Part shown: piece after piece, positions 1-8,076 of the stretch | Layout: the number at the start of each line of letters is the position of its first letter | How positions within the stretch are numbered: the first letter of the stretch is position 1 | Assembly: GCA_964409605.1 (NCBI GenBank) | Contig: CAYPEV010000003.1 | Location: 1-37,785 of the forward strand | From: an uncultured Christensenella sp. | GTDB taxonomy: Bacteria; Bacillota; Clostridia; Christensenellales; CAG-138 | Direction of reading: 5' to 3' | DNA length: 37,785 nucleotides | Program-made: the position numbers and the translations under genes | Notes under the pieces: model-generated | What the model saw: only the letters and a program-made list of their open reading frames with translations | Databases searched by the model: none | Told to the model about the DNA's origin: nothing

Positions 1-1395
1 GTTGAGCACGGTGTTCGCGTCTGACACCGACTGGCTGGAGCCGAGCATGCGCAGTTCGAATTTATTGCCCGTGAACGCAAATGGCGAGGTGCGGTTGCGA
101 TCCGTCGTATCCTTGGGGAAGTGCGGAATCACGTGGACGCCAATCTTCATCTGTGTCTTCTCGCGGCCGCCGTAGGCGGCGCCGGAATCGATCGCTTCCA
201 GAATTGCGGAGAGCTCTTCGCCAAGGAAGATGGAGACGATCGCCGGCGGGGCCTCGTTCGCCCCAAGGCGGTGGTCATTTCCTGCGCTCGCGACCGAAAC
301 GCGGAGCAGGTCCTGATAGTCGTCCACCGCCTGGATCACCGCGCAGAGGAAGAGAAGGAACTGCGCGTTCTCATAAGGCGTTTCCCCTGGCTCCAACAGG
401 TTCACGCCGGTGTCCGTCGAAATAGACCAATTGTTGTGCTTGCCGCTGCCGTTGACGCCTTCGAACGGCTTTTCATGCAGCAGGCAGACAAGGCCGTGCT
501 TTTTCGCCACGCGCTGCATGATCTCCATGGTCAGCTGATTGTGGTCGGCCGCGATATTCGTCGTCGAGAAAATCGGGGCGAGCTCATGCTGCGCGGGAGC
601 AACTTCGTTGTGCTCGGTCTTGGCGAGCACGCCGAGCTCCCAGAGTTCGTCGTTGAGGTCTTCCATGAAGGCCTGCACGCGGGGTTTGATGGAGCCGAAG
701 TAATGGTCTTCCAGCTCCTGACCTTTCGGCGCGCGTGCGCCAAAGAGCGTGCGCCCCGTGAAGAGAAGATCGGGACGGCGGTCATAGTCCGCCTTGTCGA
801 CCAGAAAATATTCCTGTTCGTTGCCAACGGTGGTGGTGATGCGCTGCACGCCTTCGTTGCCGAAGAGCTTGAGAATGCGCATCGCCTGACGGTCGATCGC
901 CTGCATGGCGCGCAGGAGCGGGGTTTTCTTATCCAGCGCTTCGCCGCCGTAGGAGCAGAACGCCGTCGGGATGCAGAGCACTTTTTCCTTGATGAACGCA
1001 TAACTCGTGGGATCCCATGCGGTGTAGCCGCGCGCTTCAAACGTCGCTCTGAGTCCGCCGGAGGGGAAGCTGGATGCATCCGGTTCGCCCTGCACGAGCT
1101 CTTTGCCGGAGAATTCCATGATGATGCTGCCGCCGGGGGTAGGCGAGATGAAGCTGTCGTGCTTTTCTGCGGTGATACCGGTCAGCGGCTGGAACCAGTG
1201 CGTATAGTGCGTCGCGCCCTTCTCAATCGCCCAGTCTTTCATGGCGTTGGCCACTACATTGGCGACGGAGAGGTCGAGCCTCTTGCCTTCGCGAATCGCG
1301 TTTTGCATTGCCTTATACGTATCCTTGGGCAAACGCGCCTTCATGACTGCATCGTTGAACACCTTACAGCCGAATGATTCCGATACCGTACGCAT
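1..1395 (-). CDS. glnN: Glutamine synthetase type III (GlnN), N-terminal 465 codons; gene continues beyond the left edge
   Basis: Absent from the ORF track because it has no stop codon in the window. My minus-strand translation from the ATG at 1395 (alternative ATG at 1401; GGAGGAG RBS is the reverse complement of 1402-1410) reads [106 protein letters not shown]. This is typical of GSIII. The frame stays open exactly to base 1. The + ORF 121..1377 is its antisense shadow. Confidence 0.85.
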   Translation of the reverse strand, partial: MRTVSESFGCKVFNDAVMKARLPKDTYKAMQNAIREGKRLDLSVANVVANAMKDWAIEKGATHYTHWFQPLTGITAEKHDSFISPTPGGSIIMEFSGKELVQGEPDASSFPSGGLRATFEARGYTAWDPTSYAFIKEKVLCIPTAFCSYGGEALDKKTPLLRAMQAIDRQAMRILKLFGNEGVQRITTTVGNEQEYFLVDKADYDRRPDLLFTGRTLFGARAPKGQELEDHYFGSIKPRVQAFMEDLNDELWELGVLAKTEHNEVAPAQHELAPIFSTTNIAADHNQLTMEIMQRVAKKHGLVCLLHEKPFEGVNGSGKHNNWSISTDTGVNLLEPGETPYENAQFLLFLCAVIQAVDDYQDLLRVSVASAGNDHRLGANEAPPAIVSIFLGEELSAILEAIDSGAAYGGREKTQMKIGVHVIPHFPKDTTDRNRTSPFAFTGNKFELRMLGSSQSVSDANTVLN

Positions 1396-1520
1396 GGTCA
1401 TTTCTCCTCCTATACCCTTTCCTATACCCGTTTTATCAAAACTGGATCGTTCCCGGCACAGCCGACCCTGAAATACCGTTCGGCTGCTGTCAGGTTGACC
1501 GATTTTCTTCGTTGCGACCT

Positions 1521-1567
1521 ATAAAAAGCGGCAACGACACAGCGGTATTTCCGCGGCGCCTTTGCCG
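1521..1567 (-). terminator. Leader (attenuator-type) intrinsic terminator in the glnN 5' UTR
   Basis: The minus-strand RNA CGGCAAAGGCGCCGCGG-AAAUA-CCGCUGUGUCGUUGCCG forms about 16 bp with 2 mismatches and is followed by CUUUUUAU. It lies between the promoter and the start codon, about 125 nt upstream of the ATG. Confidence 0.6.
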
Positions 1568-1586
1568 TTTGAAATAATATGCGGAT

Positions 1587-1615
1587 AGTATACAGCGCAG
1601 GGGTACGCTTGTCAA
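1587..1615 (-). promoter_or_regulatory. Sigma-70/SigA-type promoter of glnN
   Basis: On the minus strand: TTGACA (1610-1615), a 17 nt spacer, then TATACT (1587-1592). Confidence 0.7.
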
Positions 1616-1742
1616 CCCGAAATTTGTGCAGGAAATCCTGCGAAAAACATCAAAAAGCAGGTTCACATGTGCGCGGATGCACCAAAAAATATTTTTTCCG
1701 CCCTGTTATGCAGTTTGGGATCATATATCATTCAAAATGTTC

Positions 1743-1771
1743 TTGACAGGGAATTCCGTATTCTGTATACT
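1743..1771 (+). promoter_or_regulatory. Sigma-70/SigA-type promoter of glnA-ANTAR operon
   Basis: TTGACA (1743-1748), a 17 nt spacer, then TATACT (1766-1771). The hexamers are identical to those of the divergent glnN promoter. Confidence 0.7.
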
Positions 1772-1793
1772 CGCAGGAACAATGGCGTTCAAA

Positions 1794-1827
1794 CAGGCGG
1801 ATTTTCCGCCTGGTTTGGGCGTTTTTT
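1794..1827 (+). terminator. Leader hairpin with U-rich tail in the glnA 5' UTR (candidate attenuator)
   Basis: CAGGCGG-AUUUU-CCGCCUG (7 bp perfect) is followed by GUUUGGGCGUUUUUU. An alternative CGCC(U)/GGCG hairpin directly abuts the U6 run. The element lies about 20-50 nt after the predicted transcription start. Confidence 0.45.
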
Positions 1828-1983
1828 GCAAAAAGCGCGTGCAAAAAGGCGCGAAGCGGCACAAGAAATATGCTACACTATGCTCAGAGGGCGAACCCTC
1901 GTGCGTGAAAACGCACGGAGCGGACGCCATACGATCCGGCGCCGCGGGCGCGGGCGATGTGTTCTATTTATTAATAGGAGAGG

Positions 1984-3213
1984 ATGTGCGCGGAAATGAT
2001 CTACACCGCACAGGAAATTGCCGACTATTGCGCGGCGGAGGATGTGAAGTTCATCCGGCTTGCGTTTTGCGATGTGTTCGGCGTGCCGAAAAATATCTCC
2101 ATCATGCCGGAGGAGTTGCCCCGCGCGTTTTCGGACGGCATCTCGATCGATGCCTCCGCCATTCGGGGCTTCGGGGACGAGGAGCATTCGGACCTTTTGC
2201 TCTTTCCGGACAGCGAGACGCTCACCGTTCTGCCATGGCGGCCGAGCCACGGGCGGGTGGTGCGCCTCTTTGCGGATATCCGCCGCTCGGACGGCACGCT
2301 CTTCCCCCTGGATACGCGCAACATTCTGAAGCGTACGATTGCACACGCGCAAAACGAGGGCGTCACCGTCAACTTCGGCACGGAGTTTGAGTTCTACCTG
2401 TTCCGGCTGGATGAGGACGGCAACGCGACGAACATCCCCTATGACAACGCAAAATACATGGACATCGCGCCGCTGGATCGCGGCGAGAACGTCCGCCGGG
2501 AAATCTGCCTGACGCTCTGCGAGATGGGCATCCGCGCGGAAAGCTCGCATCATGAAGACGGGCCCGGCCAGAATGAGATCGACTTTCGCTATGGTGACGC
2601 GATGCGCGCGGCGGACAACGCGATTACCTTCCCGTCCGTGGTGCGCACCGTTGCGATGCGAAACGGCCTCTGGGCGGACTTTTCGCCCAAACCGCTGCCC
2701 AATGAAAGCGGCAACGGCATGCACATCAACCTTTCCCTTGCAAAGCCGCACAGCGAAGGCGCGCGGGATATGTTCATGGCGGGGCTGATGGAGCACATCT
2801 GCGAGATCACGGCGTTTCTTAACCCCGTGGACGCGAGTTATGCGCGCCTCGGCGAACACAAAGCGCCGCGGTATGTCACCTGGTCGCCCGAGAACCGCTC
2901 CCAGCTGATCCGCATCCCGGCCGCAAAGGGCGAGTATGAGCGCATTGAGCTGCGCTCGCCGGATCCGGCGGGGAATCCGTATCTCGCGTTTGCGCTGATT
3001 CTCGCGGCGGGTGCGGATGGCATCCGGCGCGGTCTCAAGGCGCCGCCGCCCACCAACGTCAACCTCTTCACGGCGGATCAAACCATCACCGGCAAGCTCA
3101 AGCAGCTGCCGCGCACGCGGGCGGAAGCGGCGCGGATCGCGAAAAACAGCGCGTTTGTGCGCGAAGTGCTGCCCGAGGGCATTGTTGAGGCCTATACCGT
3201 GAACGCGAAGTAA
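1984..3213 (+). CDS. glnA: Glutamine synthetase type I
   Basis: ORF-track protein with GSI motifs: KFIRLAFCDVFG, NFGTEFEFYLF, HHEDGPGQNEIDF, SGNGMHINLS, NRSQLIRIP, ELRSPDPAGNPYLAF. The start may instead be the ATG at 1996 (MIYTAQEI..), given the AGGAGAGG at 1976-1983. Confidence 0.9.
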   Translation: MCAEMIYTAQEIADYCAAEDVKFIRLAFCDVFGVPKNISIMPEELPRAFSDGISIDASAIRGFGDEEHSDLLLFPDSETLTVLPWRPSHGRVVRLFADIRRSDGTLFPLDTRNILKRTIAHAQNEGVTVNFGTEFEFYLFRLDEDGNATNIPYDNAKYMDIAPLDRGENVRREICLTLCEMGIRAESSHHEDGPGQNEIDFRYGDAMRAADNAITFPSVVRTVAMRNGLWADFSPKPLPNESGNGMHINLSLAKPHSEGARDMFMAGLMEHICEITAFLNPVDASYARLGEHKAPRYVTWSPENRSQLIRIPAAKGEYERIELRSPDPAGNPYLAFALILAAGADGIRRGLKAPPPTNVNLFTADQTITGKLKQLPRTRAEAARIAKNSAFVREVLPEGIVEAYTVNAK

Positions 3214-3289
3214 GCGCAGCTTCTCGCGCAAGAGATATGAGTCCGGATTCTGCCGCGCAGCGCATGCGTGGCATAGCAGCGAAGGAGAG

Positions 3290-3889
3290 TTGCGTTTGCC
3301 AAACCCCTACGCAAAGCAGAATAGCGTATTGGTCGTGTCCGGTTCGGAGCGCTCCCGCGAGACACTCGCGGAGGTGTTTTCTTCGACGCGCTATGCGCCC
3401 GTGGCGGCGCGCGGCTCCGCTGCAGAAGCGCGCAGGCTCGTGCTGGATACGCCGTTTTCGCTGGTGTTCATCAACACCCCTTTGCCGGACGAGACAGGCG
3501 CGCAGCTCGCGCTTGATCTCTCGAACAGCCGGAATTGCTGTGTGGCGCTATTGGTTCCGGGGGATCACTATGATCAGGTGAACGAGCAGGTGGAGGACGC
3601 GGGCGTGCTGACGCTCAGCAAGCCCTGCACGGCGCAGCAGCTGCGCCAGGCCGCGGCGATGATGAGCGCGACACGCTTCAAACTCGCGGATCTGGAGCAG
3701 AAGACCGCGACGCTGGAGGAAAAGATGGAGGAAATCCGCCTCGTCAATCGCGCGAAGTGGATGCTGATCGAACGCAGAGGCATGGACGAAGCCACGGCAC
3801 ACCGATATATTGAGAAACTCGCGATGGACGCGCGGCAGACGCGCCGCCTCGTCGCGCAGACGTTGATCCGCTCGCTGGACAACGACTGA
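3290..3889 (+). CDS. ANTAR-domain RNA-binding antiterminator with N-terminal (pseudo)receiver domain, NitR/AmiR-like
   Basis: The C-terminus has a coiled-coil plus ANTAR signature: EEIRLVNRAKWMLIERRGMDEATAHRYIEKLAMDARQTRRLVAQTLI. The N-terminus has a CheY-like fold. The TTG start at 3290 abuts the RBS GAAGGAGAG, so the TTG at 3296 is equally plausible. Confidence 0.85.
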   Translation: MRLPNPYAKQNSVLVVSGSERSRETLAEVFSSTRYAPVAARGSAAEARRLVLDTPFSLVFINTPLPDETGAQLALDLSNSRNCCVALLVPGDHYDQVNEQVEDAGVLTLSKPCTAQQLRQAAAMMSATRFKLADLEQKTATLEEKMEEIRLVNRAKWMLIERRGMDEATAHRYIEKLAMDARQTRRLVAQTLIRSLDND

Positions 3890-3993
3890 TTTGGACTTCT
3901 TTTTTCAGTTACAGAAACAGGCGCGGCAGACGCTGATTCGCTTATCTTCCATAGAGATTATTTTGTGAACACAAACCATCGCAGCAATAATAT

Positions 3994-4015
3994 GCGGGAG
4001 CAATCCCGCTTTTTT
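3994..4015 (+). terminator. Intrinsic terminator after the glnA-ANTAR operon
   Basis: GCGGGA-GCAA-UCCCGC followed by UUUUUU. Confidence 0.7.
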
Positions 4016-4103
4016 GTGATACACTGGGGTTGCAGCGATCCACCATAGAATGACGCGACGCAAGGACCGCACCGATCTTTCATCCATCCCGTCGGAGGCA
4101 TTT

Positions 4104-5468
4104 ATGGAGCAGTTTGACGTTCTGATCGTTGGCGCGTCGAGCGCGGGCAGCTTTCTCGCGCGCAAACTCGCGGAAAACGGCCATCGCGTGCTCGTGCTGG
4201 AACAGCAGGCGAAGGAAACCCTTGGCCGCAGGCTGGATATCTTCCATGTCGCCAAGGCGGATTTCGCCCGTTTCTCTCTTCCGCAGCCGGAAGAAGCGGA
4301 CGATTTCGCGTTTGAATTCTCCGGCGGGCGGACGTTCTCCGCCTTTGACCGCTACCCCAAGCGAAACGAGGGCGATGTCGTGGGCATGCATCTGCATCGC
4401 TACATCGCACGCCTGAACCAATGGGCACGGGATGCCGGCGCGGAGATTCGCTACCAGGCTCGATTTGTTGATTTTCGTTATGAAAACGGACGCATTGCGG
4501 GCGCGGTCTACGAACAGGACGGGCAGCGGCATGAAGCAGCCGCAAAGCTTGTTGCGGATTGCTCCGGCATCGCTTCCGCCCCGCGCAGAAAGCTGCCGGA
4601 TGGATATGGCGTGGAAAACTTTGCCATCGCGGATGACGAGATGTTTTACGTGATTCTGCGCTATGTCGTCTATCACGACGCCAAAGACTATGTTTCCGGC
4701 ACGCGCGGCTGGACCTATTATAAAACTTGGGAGGCGCCGGAAGGATGCGCGGACTGCGCGATCCTCGGCGTTGGCGCAAACGGCTCCTTTGCCGAAGCCG
4801 AGAAGGCGTTTGCCGCGTTTGCGCGCACGGTTACGCTCCCGCGCTACACCGTCCTGCGCACGGAGCGGGGCACGACGCCGTATCGCCGCTCGCCGTATTC
4901 GTTTGTTGCGGATGGCTTTCTCGTCTCCGGTGACGCCGCGTGCCTGACAAAACCTTCGGCGGGAGAGGGCGTAACCGCGAGTATGGTGCAGCTGGAGATC
5001 GCGGCGGAAGAGATCGGCCGCCTGCTCAACGAGGGCGGGGATCTGACCCGCGCGCGGCTCTGGCCGATCAACACGCGCTATGTGGCCGCGCAGGGCAAGG
5101 CATTCGCGGGGCAGCTGGCGACGCTGATCGGGGCTATGTCCACCACGGCGGAGGAGAACGATTTCTTCTTCCGGCATGATGTAATCTTTTCGGATCGGAC
5201 GTTCGCGTCGCTTTCCCGCGGGGAGCCGCTCGTGTTTTCTGCAACGGAGCTGCTGCGTATGGCGGCGGTGATGCTCGGCGGCGTTCTGACACGAAAGGTG
5301 CGCGTTTCCACGATTCGTTCGCTCTTGCGCGGCATGCAAAACGGCGCGCAGGCGGAACAGCTCTACACGAACTATCCGGAAAACGAAGCGGGTTTTGACG
5401 ATTGGGTGCTCCGCGCGGATCAGTTCTGGAAGAAGTGCGGCAGCATGGCGGAGAATGCGATCCGCTGA
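4104..5468 (+). CDS. FAD-dependent oxidoreductase (geranylgeranyl-reductase-like family)
   Basis: MEQFDVLIVGASSAGSFLARKLAENGHRVLVLE is a Rossmann dinucleotide motif, and SGDAACLTKPSAGEGV is a GD motif. I chose the ATG at 4104, which follows GGAGG by 6 nt, over the ORF-track start at 4050. Confidence 0.75.
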   Translation: MEQFDVLIVGASSAGSFLARKLAENGHRVLVLEQQAKETLGRRLDIFHVAKADFARFSLPQPEEADDFAFEFSGGRTFSAFDRYPKRNEGDVVGMHLHRYIARLNQWARDAGAEIRYQARFVDFRYENGRIAGAVYEQDGQRHEAAAKLVADCSGIASAPRRKLPDGYGVENFAIADDEMFYVILRYVVYHDAKDYVSGTRGWTYYKTWEAPEGCADCAILGVGANGSFAEAEKAFAAFARTVTLPRYTVLRTERGTTPYRRSPYSFVADGFLVSGDAACLTKPSAGEGVTASMVQLEIAAEEIGRLLNEGGDLTRARLWPINTRYVAAQGKAFAGQLATLIGAMSTTAEENDFFFRHDVIFSDRTFASLSRGEPLVFSATELLRMAAVMLGGVLTRKVRVSTIRSLLRGMQNGAQAEQLYTNYPENEAGFDDWVLRADQFWKKCGSMAENAIR

Positions 5469-5489
5469 CGATCGAACGATAACGCCATT

Positions 5490-5514
5490 TCCCCCCGACC
5501 GGGGGGATTTTTTT
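5490..5514 (+). terminator. Intrinsic terminator
   Basis: CCCCCC-GACC-GGGGGG followed by AUUUUUUU. Confidence 0.75.
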
Positions 5515-5528
5515 GCGCAAAATTCTAC

Positions 5529-5556
5529 TTGCACGCGCACATCTTCGTGTTATAAT
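5529..5556 (+). promoter_or_regulatory. Promoter of the TetR gene
   Basis: TTGCAC, a 16 nt spacer, then TATAAT. A small inverted repeat GTCAT-TT-ATGAC (5600-5611) lies between the promoter and the RBS and is a possible operator. Confidence 0.6.
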
Positions 5557-5626
5557 TAAATAAATCAGTAATTCATTCGTTTATAAATAGTTTTCAAGCG
5601 TCATTTATGACCAGAGGAAATGGAAT

Positions 5627-6208
5627 ATGCGAAACAAACTCGACGAACAGATCATCCTCGACGCGGCGCTGAAGGTGTTTTCCCGCTTTGGTTACAAGAA
5701 ATCGACGCTGGAGGACATCGCTGGCGAACTCAATATGACCAACACCGCGATGTATGCCTATGCCGCGAGCAAGCGCGATCTTTACGAGCGTACGGTGGCG
5801 TATGTGATGAAGCGCTGGCAGTCCGGCGTACAGCAGGCGGTGGAGCAGAAGCAGACCGCGCAGGAGAAGATGTCCGCATTGTGCGAAAGCGCGCTGTATT
5901 ATCTCGCGCGGGATGCAGAATTCTGCGCGCTGCTGAAGAACGATCCGCAGATTTTCCCGATGTTTCCGACGGTGGATCCATACGAGGAGATCAATCGGGA
6001 TTCCGTCCGGATGATCGAGCGCGTGCTGCTGTTCGGGCAGGAGACGGGGGAGTTTCGCGCGGTGGATGCGCCCGCGGTCAGCGAGGTGCTCTTCTCGATC
6101 TATAAAAACTTCATCATTCATACGTATATCAACAGCGAAGAGGATTATACGAGCCGTTATCTGCCGATCACGCTGGAGTTGATTTTAAACGGGATAAAGA
6201 ACGTGTGA
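5627..6208 (+). CDS. TetR/AcrR family transcriptional regulator
   Basis: N-terminal HTH: ILDAALKVFSRFGYKKSTLEDIAGELNMTNTAMYAYAASKRDLY. Confidence 0.85.
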   Translation: MRNKLDEQIILDAALKVFSRFGYKKSTLEDIAGELNMTNTAMYAYAASKRDLYERTVAYVMKRWQSGVQQAVEQKQTAQEKMSALCESALYYLARDAEFCALLKNDPQIFPMFPTVDPYEEINRDSVRMIERVLLFGQETGEFRAVDAPAVSEVLFSIYKNFIIHTYINSEEDYTSRYLPITLELILNGIKNV

Positions 6209-6209
6209 T

Positions 6210-6234
6210 GCGCGCTGCGCGCGCAGGCTTTTTG
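6210..6234 (+). terminator. Probable intrinsic terminator after the TetR gene
   Basis: GCGCGC-UGC-GCGCGC, then AGGCUUUUUG. Confidence 0.45.
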
Positions 6235-6341
6235 ATAAATAAAGTTCAACGCTATCCGGCAAAACCATTCTAAATAGGCACATCAGGAGAACGGATTCTC
6301 CCCAAATAAAACTGCATATCGGAAAGGAGCACATCACGATT

Positions 6342-6734
6342 ATGGTCAAGTATCTCTCCGAAGACTGGCGCAAAGAGGTGGAGGCGCGCTTAAGCGCCCA
6401 GCTCACCCCGGAAAAGATGAACAATCTCACGTCCTCGATGAACAATCTCTACTTCCACTGCCCCGATGGCAAGAACCGCTATTTCTTCGTCGGCTTTGTC
6501 GACGGGAAAGTCGACAGCGTACAGGTGGGCGAAGGCGAAGGCCCGAAGGCGGAGTTTGTGATCTCCGGCGAATACGAGGTGTTCGCGAAGATCTCCCGCG
6601 CGGAACTTGGCGCGCAAAAGGCGCTGATGGGCGGCCTCCTCAAGCTCAAGGGAAACATGGTCAAGGCGCTGAAGCTCGCGTCCTTGGTCGATCGCCTCAA
6701 CAAGATCATCGCAACGATCGAGACCGAGTATTAA
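6342..6734 (+). CDS. SCP2 sterol-carrier-like domain protein
   Basis: 130 aa. The C-terminal pattern GAQKALMGGLLKLKGNMVKALKL is typical of SCP-2 lipid-binding domains. An AAAGGAG RBS lies upstream. Confidence 0.7.
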   Translation: MVKYLSEDWRKEVEARLSAQLTPEKMNNLTSSMNNLYFHCPDGKNRYFFVGFVDGKVDSVQVGEGEGPKAEFVISGEYEVFAKISRAELGAQKALMGGLLKLKGNMVKALKLASLVDRLNKIIATIETEY

Positions 6735-6747
6735 GGGGGAAGCGAGT

Positions 6748-7962
6748 ATGTTTGACAGGACAAGCCCGTTTTATATCGATTTCCCCGCGCGCATTGCGGC
6801 GATCCAGCGCGAGATGGCGAAAGAGAAGATCGATCTGTATCTTGGCTCCCGCCTTCGCACGATGAGCTGGACGACGGACGCATTCTTCCCCTGGCGCAGC
6901 TTTATCGTGATTCCCGCGGACGGGCTGCCGACTGCGTTTACGTTTGTCATCGACGCGGCGCGCGCCGCGGACGACAGCTGGCTGGACGAGGATCACGTGC
7001 TGGGCTTTGCACCGATGGGCGGGCAGGATCAGATCACGCAGATCTCCGACCTGATCAAGGACTATCTCCCCCGCGGCGGCAGAGTCGGCGTCGAAGCGGG
7101 CATGAGCAACTATCTGCCGGAAGGATACCTGACCTATTACGAATACAAGTCGTTTGAGGCAGCGCTGCCGGACTGCACGCTCGTCAACGCGCATCCCATC
7201 GTCGACCGCCTGCAGATGATCAAGGACATCGGCACGATCAACCGCTTCCGCGAGGCCTCCCGCATTGTGGATATCGGGCACGAGGCCGTGCTCGCCGCAA
7301 TCAAAAACGGCGGATGGAAGGGCATGACGGAAACCGAGATCGCGGGACTTGCCGGCTATGCGATGCGCAGGGCGGGCAGCACGTTTGAGTGGTCGTTCAC
7401 CGGCGGAAACGAGATTGCCGCGGGCTACCGCACGGGTCTTGCGGGCGGCGCCTGCACCCCGGCCTCCACGAAGAAGATCGAGGCGGGCGAGCCGCTGATG
7501 GTGGATATCCACGCGCTCTTCGGCCTCGCCTGCGGTGACCACAGCCACAACTATCTGATCGCTCCCGCGAGTGATCGCCAACTCTGGCATGCGAAGAACT
7601 TTGTGGATATGGTTTCGCTCACGCTCAAGACGTACCGCGCGGGCATCTCGCCCTCCTCGCTCGCCGAACAGATGATGGATTTTGCGGAGTCGCGCGGGTT
7701 TGCCGACTTCATGGTGCCCGGCTTTGAGCACGGCATCGGCATGCTTGGCGACGAGTGGAGAATCGGCAGGCACGACGGTCCGTTCCCGTATTGGACGGAT
7801 CCGGATCACGAATATCTCGAAAACGAAGTGCTCATCTGCGCGATGCAGTACGCGTGCCCGGACGAGAACATCGGCTTCCGGTATGAAAACCCGATCCTGC
7901 TCACCAAAGACGGCTGCGAATACATGAGCAAATTCCCGTTGGGAATCGAAGTGATCGAGTGA
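6748..7962 (+). CDS. M24 family (Xaa-Pro peptidase / creatinase-like) protein
   Basis: Pita-bread fold motifs are present: MVDIHALFGLACGDHSHN (D-x10-D), FEHGIGM and GFRYEN. It starts 13 nt after the SCP2 gene. Confidence 0.75.
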   Translation: MFDRTSPFYIDFPARIAAIQREMAKEKIDLYLGSRLRTMSWTTDAFFPWRSFIVIPADGLPTAFTFVIDAARAADDSWLDEDHVLGFAPMGGQDQITQISDLIKDYLPRGGRVGVEAGMSNYLPEGYLTYYEYKSFEAALPDCTLVNAHPIVDRLQMIKDIGTINRFREASRIVDIGHEAVLAAIKNGGWKGMTETEIAGLAGYAMRRAGSTFEWSFTGGNEIAAGYRTGLAGGACTPASTKKIEAGEPLMVDIHALFGLACGDHSHNYLIAPASDRQLWHAKNFVDMVSLTLKTYRAGISPSSLAEQMMDFAESRGFADFMVPGFEHGIGMLGDEWRIGRHDGPFPYWTDPDHEYLENEVLICAMQYACPDENIGFRYENPILLTKDGCEYMSKFPLGIEVIE

Positions 7963-8034
7963 AGGGAAGTAGGGGCTCCGCCCCAAACCCCGCTCGGGGG
8001 TAAAACCCCTGAAAACCAATTTTTTCAGCGCGAC

Positions 8035-8072
8035 AAAACGGCGCGGGCTTTTGCCCGCGCCGTTTGTTTTTT
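8035..8072. terminator. Bidirectional intrinsic terminator between convergent genes
   Basis: AAAACGGCGCGGGC-UUUU-GCCCGCGCCGUUU followed by GUUUUUU, with an A-rich tract on the other side. Confidence 0.8.
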
Positions 8073-8076
8073 CGCC

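Noticed and set aside
121-1377. 418-aa + strand ORF (and the 182-aa minus-strand ORF 531..1079) over the left end of the window
   Set aside because: The translation is low-complexity and Arg/Ala/Gly-rich. A different minus-strand frame gives an uninterrupted type III glutamine synthetase with textbook motifs. These are shadow ORFs of the kind common in GC-rich DNA.
1778-1983. Possibility that the glnA leader is a glutamine riboswitch or a T-box
   Set aside because: CGUUCAAAC superficially recalls the glnA RNA motif, but the conserved GGAAGUAGG / GAAGGAACG elements are absent. No T-box sequence (UGGUACCGCG-like) or specifier architecture is visible. I also could not find a canonical pair of A1/G4 hexaloop hairpins here. 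The only candidate (GAAC-AAUGGC-GUUC, 1777-1790) starts at or before the predicted transcription start.
1873-3231. 452-aa minus-strand ORF antisense to glnA
   Set aside because: It is Arg-rich with no recognisable motifs, and it fully overlaps a well-supported GSI gene. The same reasoning applies to 4080..5540 (-), 6706..8019 (-), 11545..12636 (+), 16362..17414 (-) and 37048..37755 (-).
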